From contig CM022666.1 of the NCBI GenBank assembly GCA_012295275.1, positions 2,976,001 through 3,040,000 of the forward strand: 64,000 bases of DNA, given 5' to 3'. The notes beneath the pieces are model-generated. The model did not search any database, was not told the DNA's origin, and was given only the letters and a program-made list of their open reading frames with translations. A program made the position numbers and the translations under genes. Within the stretch, counting starts at the first letter, position 1. Each line of letters begins with the position of its first letter. Source of the stretch: Chrysomallon squamiferum (lineage: Eukaryota > Animalia > Mollusca). This document shows, piece by piece, positions 1 through 15,413 of the stretch.

Positions 1-37
1 CCACACCAACAAAAAAAAAAAAAAAAAAAAAAAAAAA

Positions 38-350
38 TTATCCTTTTTCATTTCTTGAAATAGAAAATGTTATTAGACCAAAGAACTATATAAAATTATT
101 GTTACTCTTTTGTTGGAATAAAAATATAATAATAATAATTAATAATAAATAAAAGCTTTTCTAATTATCCTGTTTCCTTAATTGCAATGAAAAATATTTA
201 AGAACTATACAAAATTATTCTTATTCTTTTATTGGAAAGAGATAAAAAAAAAATTAAAAAACAAATAAATATAAAAAAGTCTTAATTATCCTCTTGTAAA
301 AAAAAAAAAAAAAAACCCACCAAAAAGAACAGCTATAAAATTATTCTTCA
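38..350. repeat. Degenerate ~122-bp tandem repeat, about 3 units
   Basis: Recurring aattatcct...aagaacta...aaaattatt(g/c)tta at about 38, 163 and 284. Confidence 0.65.
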
Positions 351-949
351 CTTAGAACGGGAAATTCCAAGATATCGGAAAACAGTTTTTACAAATACCT
401 TCATTCTTTTGTTCAAAGTGAAATACTATGATCAAAGACAGAAAACATGTGTAAGAAAATCTTGTAAGTTCAGCTTACTCAATCAATATAAGTTTTAAGT
501 GTGATTAGACGCAGTCTGTAATAAGATGATTATGACACATGAAAATCAACTTATTCTTTTCTTGTTGATTACATCTGGGCATTACTCTAAGGTTGCATAG
601 TTCTAACTGTTTCTTTCTTAAAACTCTAGTCTGCCTGTACATTTTTGGGCATACCTGCATTTTTAAGTATAGATATACATATTATGTGTGAGTGAATGTG
701 TCTGTGTTTGTGTGTGTGTAAGTTATGAACAGTGTATGTCTGTATTTGTGTGCATAAGTATAAACATGTAGCATATGCTAAAATAAATAATAAACATTCT
801 AATGTACAAATCCTTTTTAAATTTGTTTTGACAAATCATTTGTTCATTCCTTATTATTTTCATATCCCAATTTATATTCCTTGATAGAGCAAGCACAGGC
901 ACATATATAGATTTTGCATACATGTATATTTGTCTGTGTGTGTGTGTGT

Positions 950-1019
<70 letters not shown>

Positions 1020-1922
1020 GTTTCTCTAATGCACACATACAAAGAAATAAAATAAAGCTCTTTCTTTCATTTTTTTTTTGTTTAAATTTTTTGGTAAAAT
1101 ATGACCACAAACTGCAACACTAAGTTCCTGACGTTCCGATTGGTCGATAAGCGGTGCATCGATTTCACCTAAGCCAGCTTTCAGAAGCATTGATTGGCTA
1201 ACACAGCCTCTGATCCTCTTGGCCAATATTCTTTCAAGTTTTCTTTTGAAGAGCAGAACCAGGGGAACTAATTTCATTAACAACAATCACAACAGCCTCC
1301 CGGATAAAGTCAATAGTGTGTCAGTGTTAGTCAGGGTGACATGATGTCACTGCCAGTGAAACTTAAGATTTTTGTGCAGGACAAAAAGAAAAAGAAAAGG
1401 GATGAAAAAAAAAAAAAAAAAAGAAAAAGGAAAATCAAAACTGACAGTTCTGACAAATTAACAGACACTTTGAACATAATATGCTGTAATGATTATAACC
1501 AATTTGTCCACATTTATAATTTAAATCTTCTTAAAAGTAGTTTGATATTTTTTTTTTTTTTTTTTTTTTAAAGTTATTATACATTTTTGGTTTGTTGAGC
1601 GATTATGATTATTGTGTTTGTTTTTTTTTCAAACAGAATTTCCTGCTTGCACTTAGTGTGAAATGGTAGAAAAAAATATAATAAATAAAAAGAATTTAAC
1701 TGTACTTTTCTAAACACGTTATGACATAAATATTTCTATGATTCCAAAAGCTGATTACAATAAAAAGAAGAAGAAAAAGAAGAATTTAAGAAATGTGATT
1801 ATTCTTAATAGGTATTATACATATTTATTGTTTGTTTGTTTAATTATTTATTTTCTGATGAAGAAAAAAATTCTTCTTTCTTTCTTACACTTTCCTCAGT
1901 GCCTGTTCTTTTTTCTCTCTTT

Positions 1923-1969
<47 letters not shown>

Positions 1970-2458
1970 AAATTACTATCTACACAAAACTGTCAAACTA
2001 ACAGAAAGGTTTCCTAAATACCTCCAAATCTATTAAAATAAACTTTTCACAAATTAGTTATGTGATAAAATTAACTAAATATAGAGAGCTTTAAGATTAA
2101 TCTGAAAAACATTCTTGTCTGGTTGCATTACAGACCAAAAAAAAAAAATATTTTTTTATTTTTTTTAAGTTTCTTTTGGAAGAATTTCTAAAAGCATGTT
2201 GGATTTTACTGGAATTCTGAAATGAAATAGTAGATATTCTGTGTTGAAATTTGGAACAAGCATTACAAGAAATAAGAGTAAAAATAAAACAGAAGAGAAA
2301 AGAAAAGAAAAATGAAAAAGAAGATGAAAAAAATAAGCTGAATAATTTTAGTTCTTTTGAACATTTTATGTTGGAAGTTTTGCAAATTATTATTCTGGTT
2401 AAAGTGGTTTTGTACAATTCTAACATTATTTTCAAAATAGGTATAAAAGTAAAACAAA

Positions 2459-2539
<81 letters not shown>

Positions 2540-2547
2540 AGAGAGAG

Positions 2548-2579
<32 letters not shown>

Positions 2580-3259
2580 CTGTAAGAGTTTTGACAGAGA
2601 GAAAGCTATTTTGTCTTAATATTACCAAATCAACTTTCTGACTGTAATAGTTTTGTTAAAGCTATTTTGTCAGAAAATGAGAACAAACATAACAAAAAAA
2701 AAATAAAAAAAATAAAATAAATTAAAAAGAAAATGATAAAAACAGAAAAGAAAAAAAAAAAAAAGGATCAAAACTTAAATAACTACAGTTCTTTCAACAT
2801 GTGTTTTGGAATGTTGGCAATTCAGCTGTAGAGGTTATTATGATTTTGTTAAAGTTTCTAACACTATCAAATGAAATGTAAATCAAAATAAATATAACAA
2901 GAAAAAAGAAAAAAAGAAAGAAGAAAAAAAAAGAAGAGAGAACTAAGTAATCCCACTTTACATTCTTCACAGAATTTTGGAAATTAATTATTTTGGTTGT
3001 ATTAACATTATACGTTGTACCTGTTTTGTGAAGCTTCCAATATTTTCTTTTCAGCTCAAAATCATAATAAATACAGCAACAGTAAAGCATAAAACTAAAA
3101 CATGAAAAAAATTGAAATAATGAGCTCAATAATTACAGGATTGGTTTTTTTTTCAACACATGCTTCTTGGTATGTTGGCAATTCATCCTACTTTTGTTTC
3201 TGCTTCTAACTGTCTTATGAGAGGAAACATAGGAATAAATCTCCCATAAAATATAAATT

Positions 3260-3620
3260 ACAACAGAGAAAGAAAACAACAGAGAGAGACAGAGAAAAAG
3301 TGAAATACAGAAAGAGAGACAGAGAAGAGACAGACAGAAAGTGAAATACAGAGAGACAAAGAAAAAGAGACAGACAGAAAGTGAAATACAGAGAGACAGA
3401 GAAAAAGAAAAAGAAAGTGAGACAGGCAGAGAGACAGAGAGAGAAGGAGAGCGAGAGAAAAAAAGAGAAAGAAAGTGAGAGACACAAAGAGTAATACAGA
3501 GAAAAAAGAAAAAGAGAAATACAGAGAGAGGGAGAGAGAGAGAGAGAGAGAGAGAAAGTGAGACAGAGAGAGAGAAAGTGAGACACACAGAAATAGAAAT
3601 ACAGAGACAGAGAGAGAGCT
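3260..3620. repeat. Compound purine-rich minisatellite
   Basis: Repeated gaaagtgaaatacagagagac / gaaagtgagaca units embedded in (GA)n. Confidence 0.75.
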
Positions 3621-4622
3621 AAAGAACTATAAAAACAGATAACTTTTCATCTACAACCCTTTCAACAAATCCTTTTTTTCAAACGCTAGCAGTTCTCTGT
3701 TCTCTGTAAATTATGGGTTTATTTCTAACTTTAATTTTCTATTGCACTGCAGACTTTTTTTAAAACGAGTGGAAATAAAAACAGAGAACACCATACACAA
3801 CCACTCTGTCATCAGCAATAAAAATAACAGGTAAAAAAAAAAAACATTTCACAGACAACAGTTAAACAGGATACACAAAATGACTCAACTGCAGATAATT
3901 TAATGCTCAGATCATTTTCGACTGGATTTGTGAAATGGCTGTTTGGTTTAATGTGTATCTTAGACGATAGTTTTGGGCGAAATCAATGGTTTAAACTTAA
4001 TCAAAGCAAAAAAAAAAAAGAAAAAAGAGTTAAATGTGTTATTTATTCGAAGTTCAAAACCTGAGGAATAGTTTTAAACTGATAACAAAATGTCATGCAA
4101 ATTAACGTAAAACATTAAGTCCAAAAAAAAAAAAAGAAGAAAAAACAAAATAAATTTGACTTTATTAAACTTGTTTTAATAGTGTAAAATATATCTGTTT
4201 AAAAATCTGTGGTATTAAGAAGAAACATTATGAATATAATGATGTGTACTGTAAGAAAATTTCTTATGAAACATAATATTTTTGACATTTTTATGACCAA
4301 ATTTACAATCATCTGTACACCAACATTTGCAAATTGTGGCAATTTCAGAATCTTTTTTTTTATCTCAAAGTTAATTTGAAAAAATATAAATATAAAAAAA
4401 GAAATAAAAAGAAAAAGAAAGAGAAAACTTGTTCCTAGCTATAAATATGACTTATAAATCAGACAGTATAAAATTAATGGAAAGTTTTATTATTATTGTT
4501 TGGCTGTTGATATCATATTATGTTGTTATCGTTGCTGTTATTTGTAAGCCATGTAGCAGTAGTAGTTGTTGTTTCATTTCAAATTGTTCATGATTCATAC
4601 AAATTATTAGCAGAACATAAGA

Positions 4623-4707
<85 letters not shown>

Positions 4708-5093
4708 ATAAATAAATAAATAATAATAATAATAATAAAAGCAGTTTTGGTGAATATCTGTCAGTTTCTCACGATTTTATAAAATAAATAATTTGCTTCT
4801 TTGACCCCAATAAAATCAGAATGGACAGCTGAGGTCAAAAAAAAAAAAAAAAAAAAAAAATTCTGAAATATTTACAGCTGAATACTGGCAAAAAAAAAAA
4901 AAAAAAAAAAAGTTAAAATTTACAGTTGAATTTGCTTTAAAAAAAAGAAAAAAGTCAATATCAATTTTCAGAAAGATTTTCATGAACAAACAAGCTTTCA
5001 TCAAATATAAAATTTTAAACTGTACAGAAATATTTATCTAATATATTAGTTTGTTTGTCTAAAAAAAATGTATTAATCATATGAACGTCTTTT

Positions 5094-5161
<68 letters not shown>

Positions 5162-5646
5162 TATAAATAAAAGTTAAAGAAAACCAACCAAAATAACACC
5201 AACAAAGAACCTTATAAACAATTAGGCAAAAATCAGAGATGGACACTTTCTTTCTTTCTCTCTATCTCTTTCTCCTTCATATTCTCTTTCTTTCTCTCTA
5301 TCTCTTTCTCCTCTGTCTTTCTCTCTCTCTTTCTCCTTCATGCTCTCTTACAATCTGTTTCTCTCTGTTTATCTCTTTCAGTCAGACATTTACTCCACAC
5401 TTATTTTCAAGCTATTAGAATATATTAAAGAGGTACTCAAATATTTACAAGATAAAGTTGTAAAGATAGTGAACAACAACAAAATAAAAGTCATAAATAA
5501 ATGGTTACATTTTGAAGTGCCCCATTCTACAGAAGAAGTTTTGGACATTCAGATCAAACAATTGTATTTTTTTGGGAAAGAGACTTGGTCACAATGTGTG
5601 TTTTTCTTCTCTTTCTCAAATATACCCAAATATTCACACACACACA

Positions 5647-5697
<51 letters not shown>

Positions 5698-6494
5698 ACA
5701 TACACAGACATACATACATACAAATACACATATATGTATAACTATATAAACATGTATATATTCAACACATCTATGAATACATACATAAATATATATGTAC
5801 ATGTACATAAACACACAAATACATATGCACACACATATATAGACACACACATACATACAAATACACCTATATACACACCTATGTACAAACATAGACAAAT
5901 ACTCAGAGAAATAAAATCATTTCAAAAATACACAAAAACGTGTTCAAACAAAACACACGAAGCATATTAATTACCCTACTGCAACACGACAGCAAATAAA
6001 ACAGACTTATGTACATCAATCATGTCTTAAAGTGTCCTGAACATGAAACAGAATCTAAACAACAAGCTGTATTTGATATTCAACTCAAAGAAAGACTGAA
6101 CCATTGATATTACTGGGAATCAGCTATACAGTCATTTCTCATTCAAACAACTATTACAAATTTGATAAAAAAAAAAAAAAAAAAAAATATTATATATATT
6201 TCTGAAATGCTCTTTTAAAATCTTTTTTGTTTGTTTGTTTTTCATCTCTAAAAACTTCTGAAGTTAATTAATAGACATTTACAACACGAACCAGGATACA
6301 ACAAAATGATGTCCTTTGTTGATGACATTTATTTATTTTTACAAAGCAGGTTCTAAGTTTACAAACTTGCATCTTAATGTTGGGTTTTTTTCTTTGTCTA
6401 ATTCTTGCAAAGGATTGTTTAATTCTTTTATTTTTTACAATACATTTTCATCTATCGGTGAAGGTTCAACCACAGCTGTTTTGGGCATACTTTA

Positions 6495-7030
6495 ATGTTA
6501 ACATTAGGACGTTAAAAGGTTAGAGAGAAAAAAGACTGTAGTGATTTTGTGCCTTTTTAACTGTCTGTTCAAGACAGTGTTGGTGTGTTAGAAGGTTAGG
6601 GTGAGGGAATCTGTATATAACAGGTTTTATACCTCTCTAATTAGTATAAAAGTTAGGATGTTAGAAGATAGACTGCAATAATTTTATGCCCGTCTAATTA
6701 ATATTAGTGTTAGTTAGTGTGAGAGAGGTTTGTATATAATGGTATATCTCTATAATTATTTGTTCATGTTAGGATGTTAGAAGGTCAGAGAAAGGTTTGT
6801 ATATAATGGTATATCTCTATAATTATTTGTTCATGTTAGGATGTTAGAAGGTTGGAGAGAAAAGAGAATAGAATGATTTTATGTGTCTCTAATTAGACAG
6901 TGTTACAGTTAGTTTGTTAGAAATTTAATGGTATGACAATGTAATTAGAATAAGGTTAGAGAGAACAGTGAGTATAGTGGGCCATAGACCTTTAAATGTT
7001 AGTATGTTAGAAGATTAGGAAGAGGTAAGG
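6495..7030. repeat. Degenerate ~65-70-bp tandem repeat
   Basis: Recurring gttaggatgttagaagg motif, with a near-exact duplication at about 6726-6785 / 6793-6852. Confidence 0.8.
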
Positions 7031-7472
7031 GTCAAATTTTGTTGTTAAATAAAACAGGACAGAAAAAATATATGTGTGTGTTTGTGTGTGTGTATACAAC
7101 TTGAATCTAAGCTGAAAATATTTCAAATATTTTCTTCATATCGTCAAAGGTAGACTATAAAATTGGCTAAGCTGTATTCAGACTGTCTGTTCTCACTAAA
7201 TAAATTTAAAAAAAAATTCCACAGCTGAGTTTAATATTAAATCACTCAGTGAAAATGATTTGCCTGTATGATTAACTGCAGTCTAGGAATGTGTAAGTTA
7301 AACATACGCAGAAAACAACAGGTGTTAGATGCAGATCTGTTGAAATATTTATTACCTGGATGTTACCATCACTAGCCCAGTCTGATAACAACTTGAAAAA
7401 CAAAATGTACATGTCAAAACTGCAGACAGATCAGCAAATACATTATATAATACACACAGGTATTTTGTTTTG

Positions 7473-7506
<34 letters not shown>

Positions 7507-7667
7507 TAAATTTGTATCATTCTTTATTTTCATAAACTATTTTTAAATTTTTTTGCTTTTACAGTTTAAATAAATGGAAGTTTCAAGTGGAGTCAAACCA
7601 GCTATTAAAACGTATTTATAAAAATCATGTTATTTTAATACTTTTAAAAAGTATATAGAATTTATGG

Positions 7668-8460
7668 ATAGGTTCAAGTACATAAATCGTGGGCACAATC
7701 TCATATTATTACTCTGTAATCATCTATTAAATATATTTATTGAAATGAGAGTTTAGTGTATTTTTCTTAGACATTTATTTAACTGACACTTCTGTTATAA
7801 TATCCAAAGATACATACAAGTTCAAGTACATAAATCATGGACATAATCGCTTATTATTCTGTAATTATCTATTACATATATTCATTGAAAAAAAAGTTTA
7901 ATATATTTTTCTGAGAAATTTATTTAACTGACACTTCTGTTTTATTATCCAAAATTACAGATAGGTTCAAGAACATAAATCATGGACATAATGGCTTATT
8001 ATTCTGCAATTATCTATTACGTATATTTATTGAAATGAGTTTAGTATATTTTTCTAAGAAATTTATTTAACTGACACTTCTATTTTATTATCCAAAGTTA
8101 CAGATAGGTTCAAGTACATAAATTTTATTGCTTAGTTACAAAGTCACAGAATAATATTATCTGTTAAATATATTTATTAAAATGAAGTCAATATATTGTT
8201 TTTACACATATAACTGACACTTCTCTTTAATATCCAAAGTTACAGAGAGGCTCAAGTACGTATATCCTGAGCAACATTTCTGTTTATTCAGTTGCCATAC
8301 CCACCAGAGTGCATATTAATATGTTAGACATGTATTAATTATACTTATGAACTTCAAAACATCTAACTTTTTTTTTTTTTTAAAGAAAACATCTGCTTAA
8401 ATGCTATCTGTGATCAGTAGGTTGAAGCATATAAATCATGGCACATAATCTGCGATTACT
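7668..8460. repeat. ~145-bp tandem repeat, about 4.5 units plus a decayed one
   Basis: Anchor gttcaagtacataaatc at 7672, 7820, 7965, 8108 and 8250 (spacing 142-148 bp), with a shared taactgacacttct...tatccaaa block. Confidence 0.9.
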
Positions 8461-9073
8461 CATTGCCAAGCCCATGATAGATCACTATGACAGTCAAGCA
8501 GCTGCTAAATATACTTAGCAACACCCTGTTAGTCATCAGTGTCTAATAGCTTATAAAATAAAAATAAAAAATAGAAAAAGAAGAATTAAATAAAAAGAAA
8601 ACGAAGAGACACCACTCCTACTTAAACCTTGTTAGTCATCGTCTGACAGATTGCAACACCAACACCAACAACAGCAGCATTGTGTAGCAAGCTGTTGGTA
8701 GTGAGATTTCTTTGTCCATCACCATCAACAACAATGTATAATTATGTCTACCTGTTTTTTTTTTTTTTTTGAAAGGGTTGCTCTATTTTGCAACATGCAA
8801 TCAATCATATTTAAAGAGTCTGTCCTCAAGGAATATATATTTGTTTTGTTTTTTTCAAAAGATCAGCAGAGTTTGACTAAGCTAATAACACTAATGCACG
8901 TAATATTTAATCAAGTACATTTCTATAAAATTACACTAAGCATATGTTTTTGTTTTATTTTAGTAAAAATATATTTTCTCAAGTCACCATAAGAGTAACA
9001 GAATTTACCAAGCTTTTTCCCTAATTCACCTTAGCAAATGTGAAACTGTGTGTGTATTTGTGTGTGTGTGTGT

Positions 9074-9147
<74 letters not shown>

Positions 9148-9735
9148 TTGTGTCTATGTATGTATATATACAAACACACACACACACACACTTACACACA
9201 CGAATGTTAAAACCACCTGAACACATTACTTTCTGTAACAAACCACTTATTCTTCCCTATTTATTTTTAAACATCTACATTTCAGTGATTAATGTGTTAA
9301 ACACTGAAGTTCATCTTGTAGGAAAACATCACCTGAACACTCATCACTATAAATACACTACCCGATCTCATCATCGTACTTCCAAACTCGCCTGCTCAAA
9401 GCTAATATATATTTTTCTGTATGTAAGCACACATTACCTCACAAAGCAAAATAATTACCATCTATTTTCAAGCCAATATACTGAACCAAGTCAACCCAAA
9501 AGGAAATAAATTAATGTAATGCTGCAAACGATAAATCAATTGGTCTAACATGTACTAGATGTCACAGTATACAAATTACTACTTTCAATAAAACATACAC
9601 AGAAACAGTACGATGATGATTAACAGTCAGTCTTCATTAAAGTGCACTCACTGTGGTACAAACAATTAGGTTTAATGTGTATTATTGTCTTCCAAGTTAT
9701 AGTTTAATATCTGGTAATACTTGCAGTAATCTATC

Positions 9736-9770
<35 letters not shown>

Positions 9771-10946
9771 ACTATTAGAGTTTTATTCAAATTTTTCACG
9801 TTAAGAATTTTATCAAAATTTTCCATGTAGAGTTTAATGCTTGCTAAAATGTAATTTAAAGAAGAAGAGAATATAAATCATTTTCTTCCAAGTTACAGTT
9901 TTATTTACAGTGTATCTGTAGTGATAAAAATGCTACAGACTGGAATTTTCCTTGTTAGTTTTGTTACTGTTAAAATGTAATAGTATAAATAAAAAGAGTA
10001 AATATATTCTCCAAGTTTATAATTTAATTATTTTTGGTATGAATATTTAAGCTAAATTTGTATTGTAATCTTTCTAGTTAAAGTTTTATTTATTTATTTA
10101 TTTATTTATTTATAATTTGTTGGGTATATAATATGTAATTTAAAATACATTATCCATACTTAAAAAGGAATATTTTATAACTGATGACCAACCTTTGCTA
10201 ATAACGAAGTAAACCTGATTTCCTGAAATACTCACAATGTCAAGTTGTACACATAGAAAATGAAAATGAAAAACATGTTAGATGACAGATTTTGGACATT
10301 AGCAAATAATGTATTCACTGATAATAACACTATAAAGATAAGCTTCACTTAAGTGAAAAATATTTACTGACATTCAGGTAGGAAAAACTGAATATATTTT
10401 CTTTACATACATATAATTACACACACACACACACACATAAACACATATTATTATACACAAACACAAACACAATCATACAGATATTCCTTAAATAAATTAT
10501 GTTTCACATTAATTTTAAATTTTTTCTTTGCCATTTAAGAAAACTAAATTATACGTCATTCTCAAAAATACATCTGATGTGGCTTGTATGTCTCAATGAC
10601 TCAAAAAGTTGTGATAACAGAAGTATTGGGCTGCATGGGACACTCTAACATACCACAACACTAAGTACCAACACCTGTTACATTCAGAGTTAATTTAGAT
10701 TATATATTTGTTCTTCTTTTTAATTATAATTTTAGTAATGCTTTTAAATTCAATGTTGTGTTATTAAAATTAACTGTGTGATCAAGATTTTGGCATTTAA
10801 CTAAATTAATTATGTTTTATATTGCTGAAATAAATCTCATTTCATGATATTGAAACAAATTACAGGTTATTTATTTTTATTTTTTTTTAATTCTTTAATT
10901 GTTTATTCATCTATTATTTGTTATTATTTATTTATTTATTTCATTA

Positions 10947-10981
<35 letters not shown>

Positions 10982-11544
10982 TATGCACTTTTTTACCTTT
11001 TCTTTTTTTTTAAATTTATTTATTTATCTATTTATATTATTTTATTTTATTTCATCTTTTAACCAAATTACTTTGTTTTTCCCCCCCACCACTAAAACAA
11101 ATAATCTATTCTGTTCCAGAAACCAAAACAACAATTATTTTCCTTGAAACAAATTATATTTTCTACTCCTGAAACTCGATTTATTTTCTTAAACAAATTA
11201 TTAAAGTATTGTTCAAATGAATCATTCCCCATGTCACGAAGTTCAAGTGAATGTTCACACACTACGTGAAATTACGGCATTGATGCGGCATTGATTCCTC
11301 CATTGATTCGGTGGCAGACAGAAACTCTCCACGTCTTGCATCACTGCTTTCTTAACTATAATCCAGTCTTCGCTTTTCTGATATTCTGTTGCTATTTTGG
11401 CACCTGTGTTCATCAGACCGTGATCAGGAGAGTTAATAGGGAGAGTAAAATCTTTAGACGGTGTTTTTACGGCAGGTATTCCAGGGTGATGTCGAGATAA
11501 ATGCTATTTCTTGGTGACCAGGAAAGTTTTTAAGGGAAGAATTA

Positions 11545-11880
11545 AATCTTAGATGATTAAGGATGGTTGTGGAGGGGGAGGTATCTTAGGGCAGTGGTAA
11601 AAAAAATTATTATTTCTTAGATGATGAACAGGAAGGTTAAAAGAAAGGTGTAGACCAATTAAATTGTACTGTTGCTATTTTTATCACATCAGGTTGATTA
11701 AGGGTGGTTATGGGGGAGGTATGGTTGGGGTAATGGTGACAAAAATTATATTTTTTTTAAATAATCAGGGAGGTTAATAAGGGTGAATTAAAAATATTAA
11801 AATAATGTTGTTGCTAAAATTTTATTATGTCACACTGATCAAGGCATGGTGGGGGTGATGGAAAAGAAATAAGGTGAAAA
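11545..11880. repeat. Degenerate ~140-bp G-rich tandem repeat, about 2.5 units
   Basis: tgat(t/c)aagg..tggt..ggggg at about 11555, 11695 and 11836. Confidence 0.65.
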
Positions 11881-11931
11881 AAATATTTGCCAGTCGAAAA
11901 GGAAAGGATAGGAAAATGAGACAATGAAGAT

Positions 11932-11978
<47 letters not shown>

Positions 11979-13804
11979 ACACAAGCACAAACACACACAC
12001 ACACACACAGACACACACAATCAAAATCATCAATTAAGCCTATTAGCGGACACTTAGGTATTCCAGACACAACGGCCACTACAGGTCAGCATGAAGAGGA
12101 CAAGACGATGTTCAGCAAGGTTGTGGGAGCAAATTACAGCTTGCGACACCGTTGCACCGATGATTGTGATCAGACAAGTAATTCAATTTGTCGCAGCAGC
12201 GTCATAATAAGTAAGTGTCAGCTCTAAAACAGGATTTTCAGCGACTCTGTTGTTCATTAGGGTGAGAAATGAGGCTGAGGGATAAGTAAATATTTCAGCC
12301 AGCAAATTAAGTGACCAGCCTAATGAACTGACCGGCCAGAAGGAAAATGACGTTACTTTGAGATCACAGTAAGGGAAACAATTGCACAGCTTAGTTTATT
12401 TTTACACTTGAGAAAGAAAATCACTGGATTGGTTTTTTCATTTGTAAACTTGCCTATTAAGTCAAGATTTGTATTGTTGTTATTATTATTTTTTTACTGT
12501 TGTAATTATTTTCTTGCTGTTAATAATTATTTTTAACATAAATTAACTATGACAGCGTGTGTGTGTGTTCTGTTATGATTTAGTTGTTTTTTTAATGTAT
12601 GTATATCCCTGTCTATATTTTGTATATATGTGTGTATGTATATTCTTGTGTATATACATGTTTTTCAGCATGTGTATAAGAGTGTCTGTGATTCAATATA
12701 TGTGTGTATCTGTGTTTGTCTAATACATTACTATTACATCCCAAAAGCATAAAAGTTTCAACAATGGCAATGAGCCAGCCACACACACACACACAAAAAA
12801 AGAAAAGAAAAAAAAAACATAGAAAGAAAGAAACGAAAAAATAAATATAAATAATTAAAAAAACAAACAAACAACAAAAGAAAAACAGACAAAACCATCT
12901 CACTTACCATTACCATTTAAAACAAAAATCAGACCAAAATTATTAACTACGGGATTAACTGACACTCAGACCTATTACATTTTTTAATAATTTTTACTCT
13001 CCATCACTGGTCTTGCAGAACTAATGACTGACAATTATTCAAAAAGCTTCAACATACAGGCCATGAAAAAAAAAATGAAATTTTTTTAATAATAACAGGA
13101 CAAAGGAGTCCTTCAGGAACAGCGTAAAAACATCTCAAGAGAATAATACGATGTTTATCTTTATTCCAAAAGATATAAAAATTAGTTAGCCCAACAGAAA
13201 TAGCAGACGGCTTCCTCTGGACACTAAATCCCTCTCCACAGAGCAGCAGGTAACATAATCCGAGGGAATCTGTTAGCAATTAACTTAATGCACAGGTGAT
13301 GTGAGTCAGTGTTGTGTCAGGGTTGCCGATCTCTCTCTGGCTTTTGTCTTTCTCGCAGACAGGTAAGATCAAAAGGACTGGGTTAAACATGCACACAGGT
13401 GTGATGTGATTAAGACAGGAATGAGTAAGTGAATGAATTTTTAAAAAAAAAATGTTGTTTTTTGTTGTTTTTTTAATGCAGTTTTTTTTTGTTGTAATTT
13501 TGTAAAAATGCAAGATCTAAGAAGTTAGATGATATTTTATTTATTTTTCTCTTTTTAATTTAAATTTTTTTTGAAATTTTAAATTATTTTTTTTAATAAT
13601 AAATATTTTTAAATTAAATATTTTTTGTAATAATAGTAATCTTCATCCAGTTTTTTACTTCTCTTTTTAATATGGTTCTGAGCAGAAAAAAACAGATACT
13701 TGAATTGTGTGCACAAAATTCTGGAATCACTTAGATAACTGAAGAATACAGATTACCTCAAACTGTGGACACGTAATAAAATAAAAATAATTATAAAACA
13801 CACA

Positions 13805-13871
<67 letters not shown>

Positions 13872-14504
13872 TATCCTAATAAAGGGAAATTAATAATACA
13901 AAATACCAAATGACTGACATAGATTTGTTCTTTAAAACAGATATACATAAAATACTAATATAAATTAAACAAAAGAATCAGATAAGTTTCTACAAAAAAA
14001 GAAAAAAAAAAGAAAAGAAATTGAAAAAGAAAGGAAGAAAAGAAAAATAAAGTAACTGAAAAATAACGAATACATAAAAGAAAAATAATCACCAAGAAAC
14101 AGAAAATAATCTGAAGTGAAAATATTTACAAAAATCAATAAATGAACAAACAGATACGTCATTAAATAAATAAATAAATAAATGTCGAGAGATAAACAAA
14201 TTTTAAAAAGAGAAAAATTATTCCTCAATACGTTCATACAACAGAAGATCAGAAACGTGCTTCTTTTGAAGCAAATAAAAATAAATAAACAGATAAAAAA
14301 CACACACACACATGTAAGACAGCATAGGAATCACCCTCATCATTGAAATGGTAATACCAACTGCAGAATGCATGGCATCCCAGAACTGCCATAATTCTCA
14401 CAACATCACTGTGTAACCAATCTCAAGTCTAAAAATAAGCAACAGACTGATTGATGCTACCATTATTCACAGAAACCTTTTCTCTCTATCACTTTTTTTT
14501 TTTT

Positions 14505-14540
<36 letters not shown>

Positions 14541-14717
14541 TTGTTGTCTCAATAAATATTTTTAGGTTGTTTTTTTTTAATTATTTATTTGATTTTTTTT
14601 TTTTTTTTTTTTTTATATAGTTTAAGGCTATGACTATTCAGATATTTTTGTAATGGATTTCTTTTTTTTTTTCCCTTCCTTTTTTAAATTTTTTTTTATT
14701 ATTTTAATTATCTAATT

Positions 14718-14764
<47 letters not shown>

Positions 14765-15282
14765 TTAGTAACTGATAAAAACTAGTACATTTATATGTCC
14801 TTCATAATTGCACCTATACATCAATATATTCTTTTCTTTTCTTTCTTTCTTTTTTTCTTTTTTATTGCCTCCACTATATGAGTTTTCTTTATTTTTAATT
14901 TATTTATTTATTTATTTAATTATTATTTTTATTTTTTTATTTTTAATTGTTTTTATTTTTGGAAAAGATGAACTATATATGCTAGCTTCCTAACAAACAA
15001 ACAAAAGATTCACATGTGCTGCATTCATCAAGGCAAACGTGCCAAATGCAATCTTCCTTATAACCTTTTTTTTTTTTTTTTTTTTTTAAATCACTCCTTT
15101 AACAAAGATTCTGTAAGTTATAAATGCTTTAAAAATAACAGACTACAAAGTGCCAACAACACTCTCCTCAATTTCTTCTAGGCTTTATTTTCTCATTTCA
15201 GTGAAAAAATTAAATTGTAACATATTCTACAGGTAGAGAGAAACTGAAATAGAATGAGAAAGAGAGTGTGTTAGAGACAGAC

Positions 15283-15322
<40 letters not shown>

Positions 15323-15361
15323 AGACAGAGGTAGTCAAAGGAAAAAAATGAAAGAGCATAA

Positions 15362-15413
<52 letters not shown>

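Noticed and set aside
1026-1286. 86-aa minus-strand ORF
   Set aside because: No recognisable family and no convincing splice sites. Better explained as a noncoding island.
13757-13762. 6-nt minus-strand microexon TTTGAG, and a 26/36-nt candidate near 7356-7391
   Set aside because: Splice-like signals of this strength arise often by chance in AT-rich introns, and there is no independent support.
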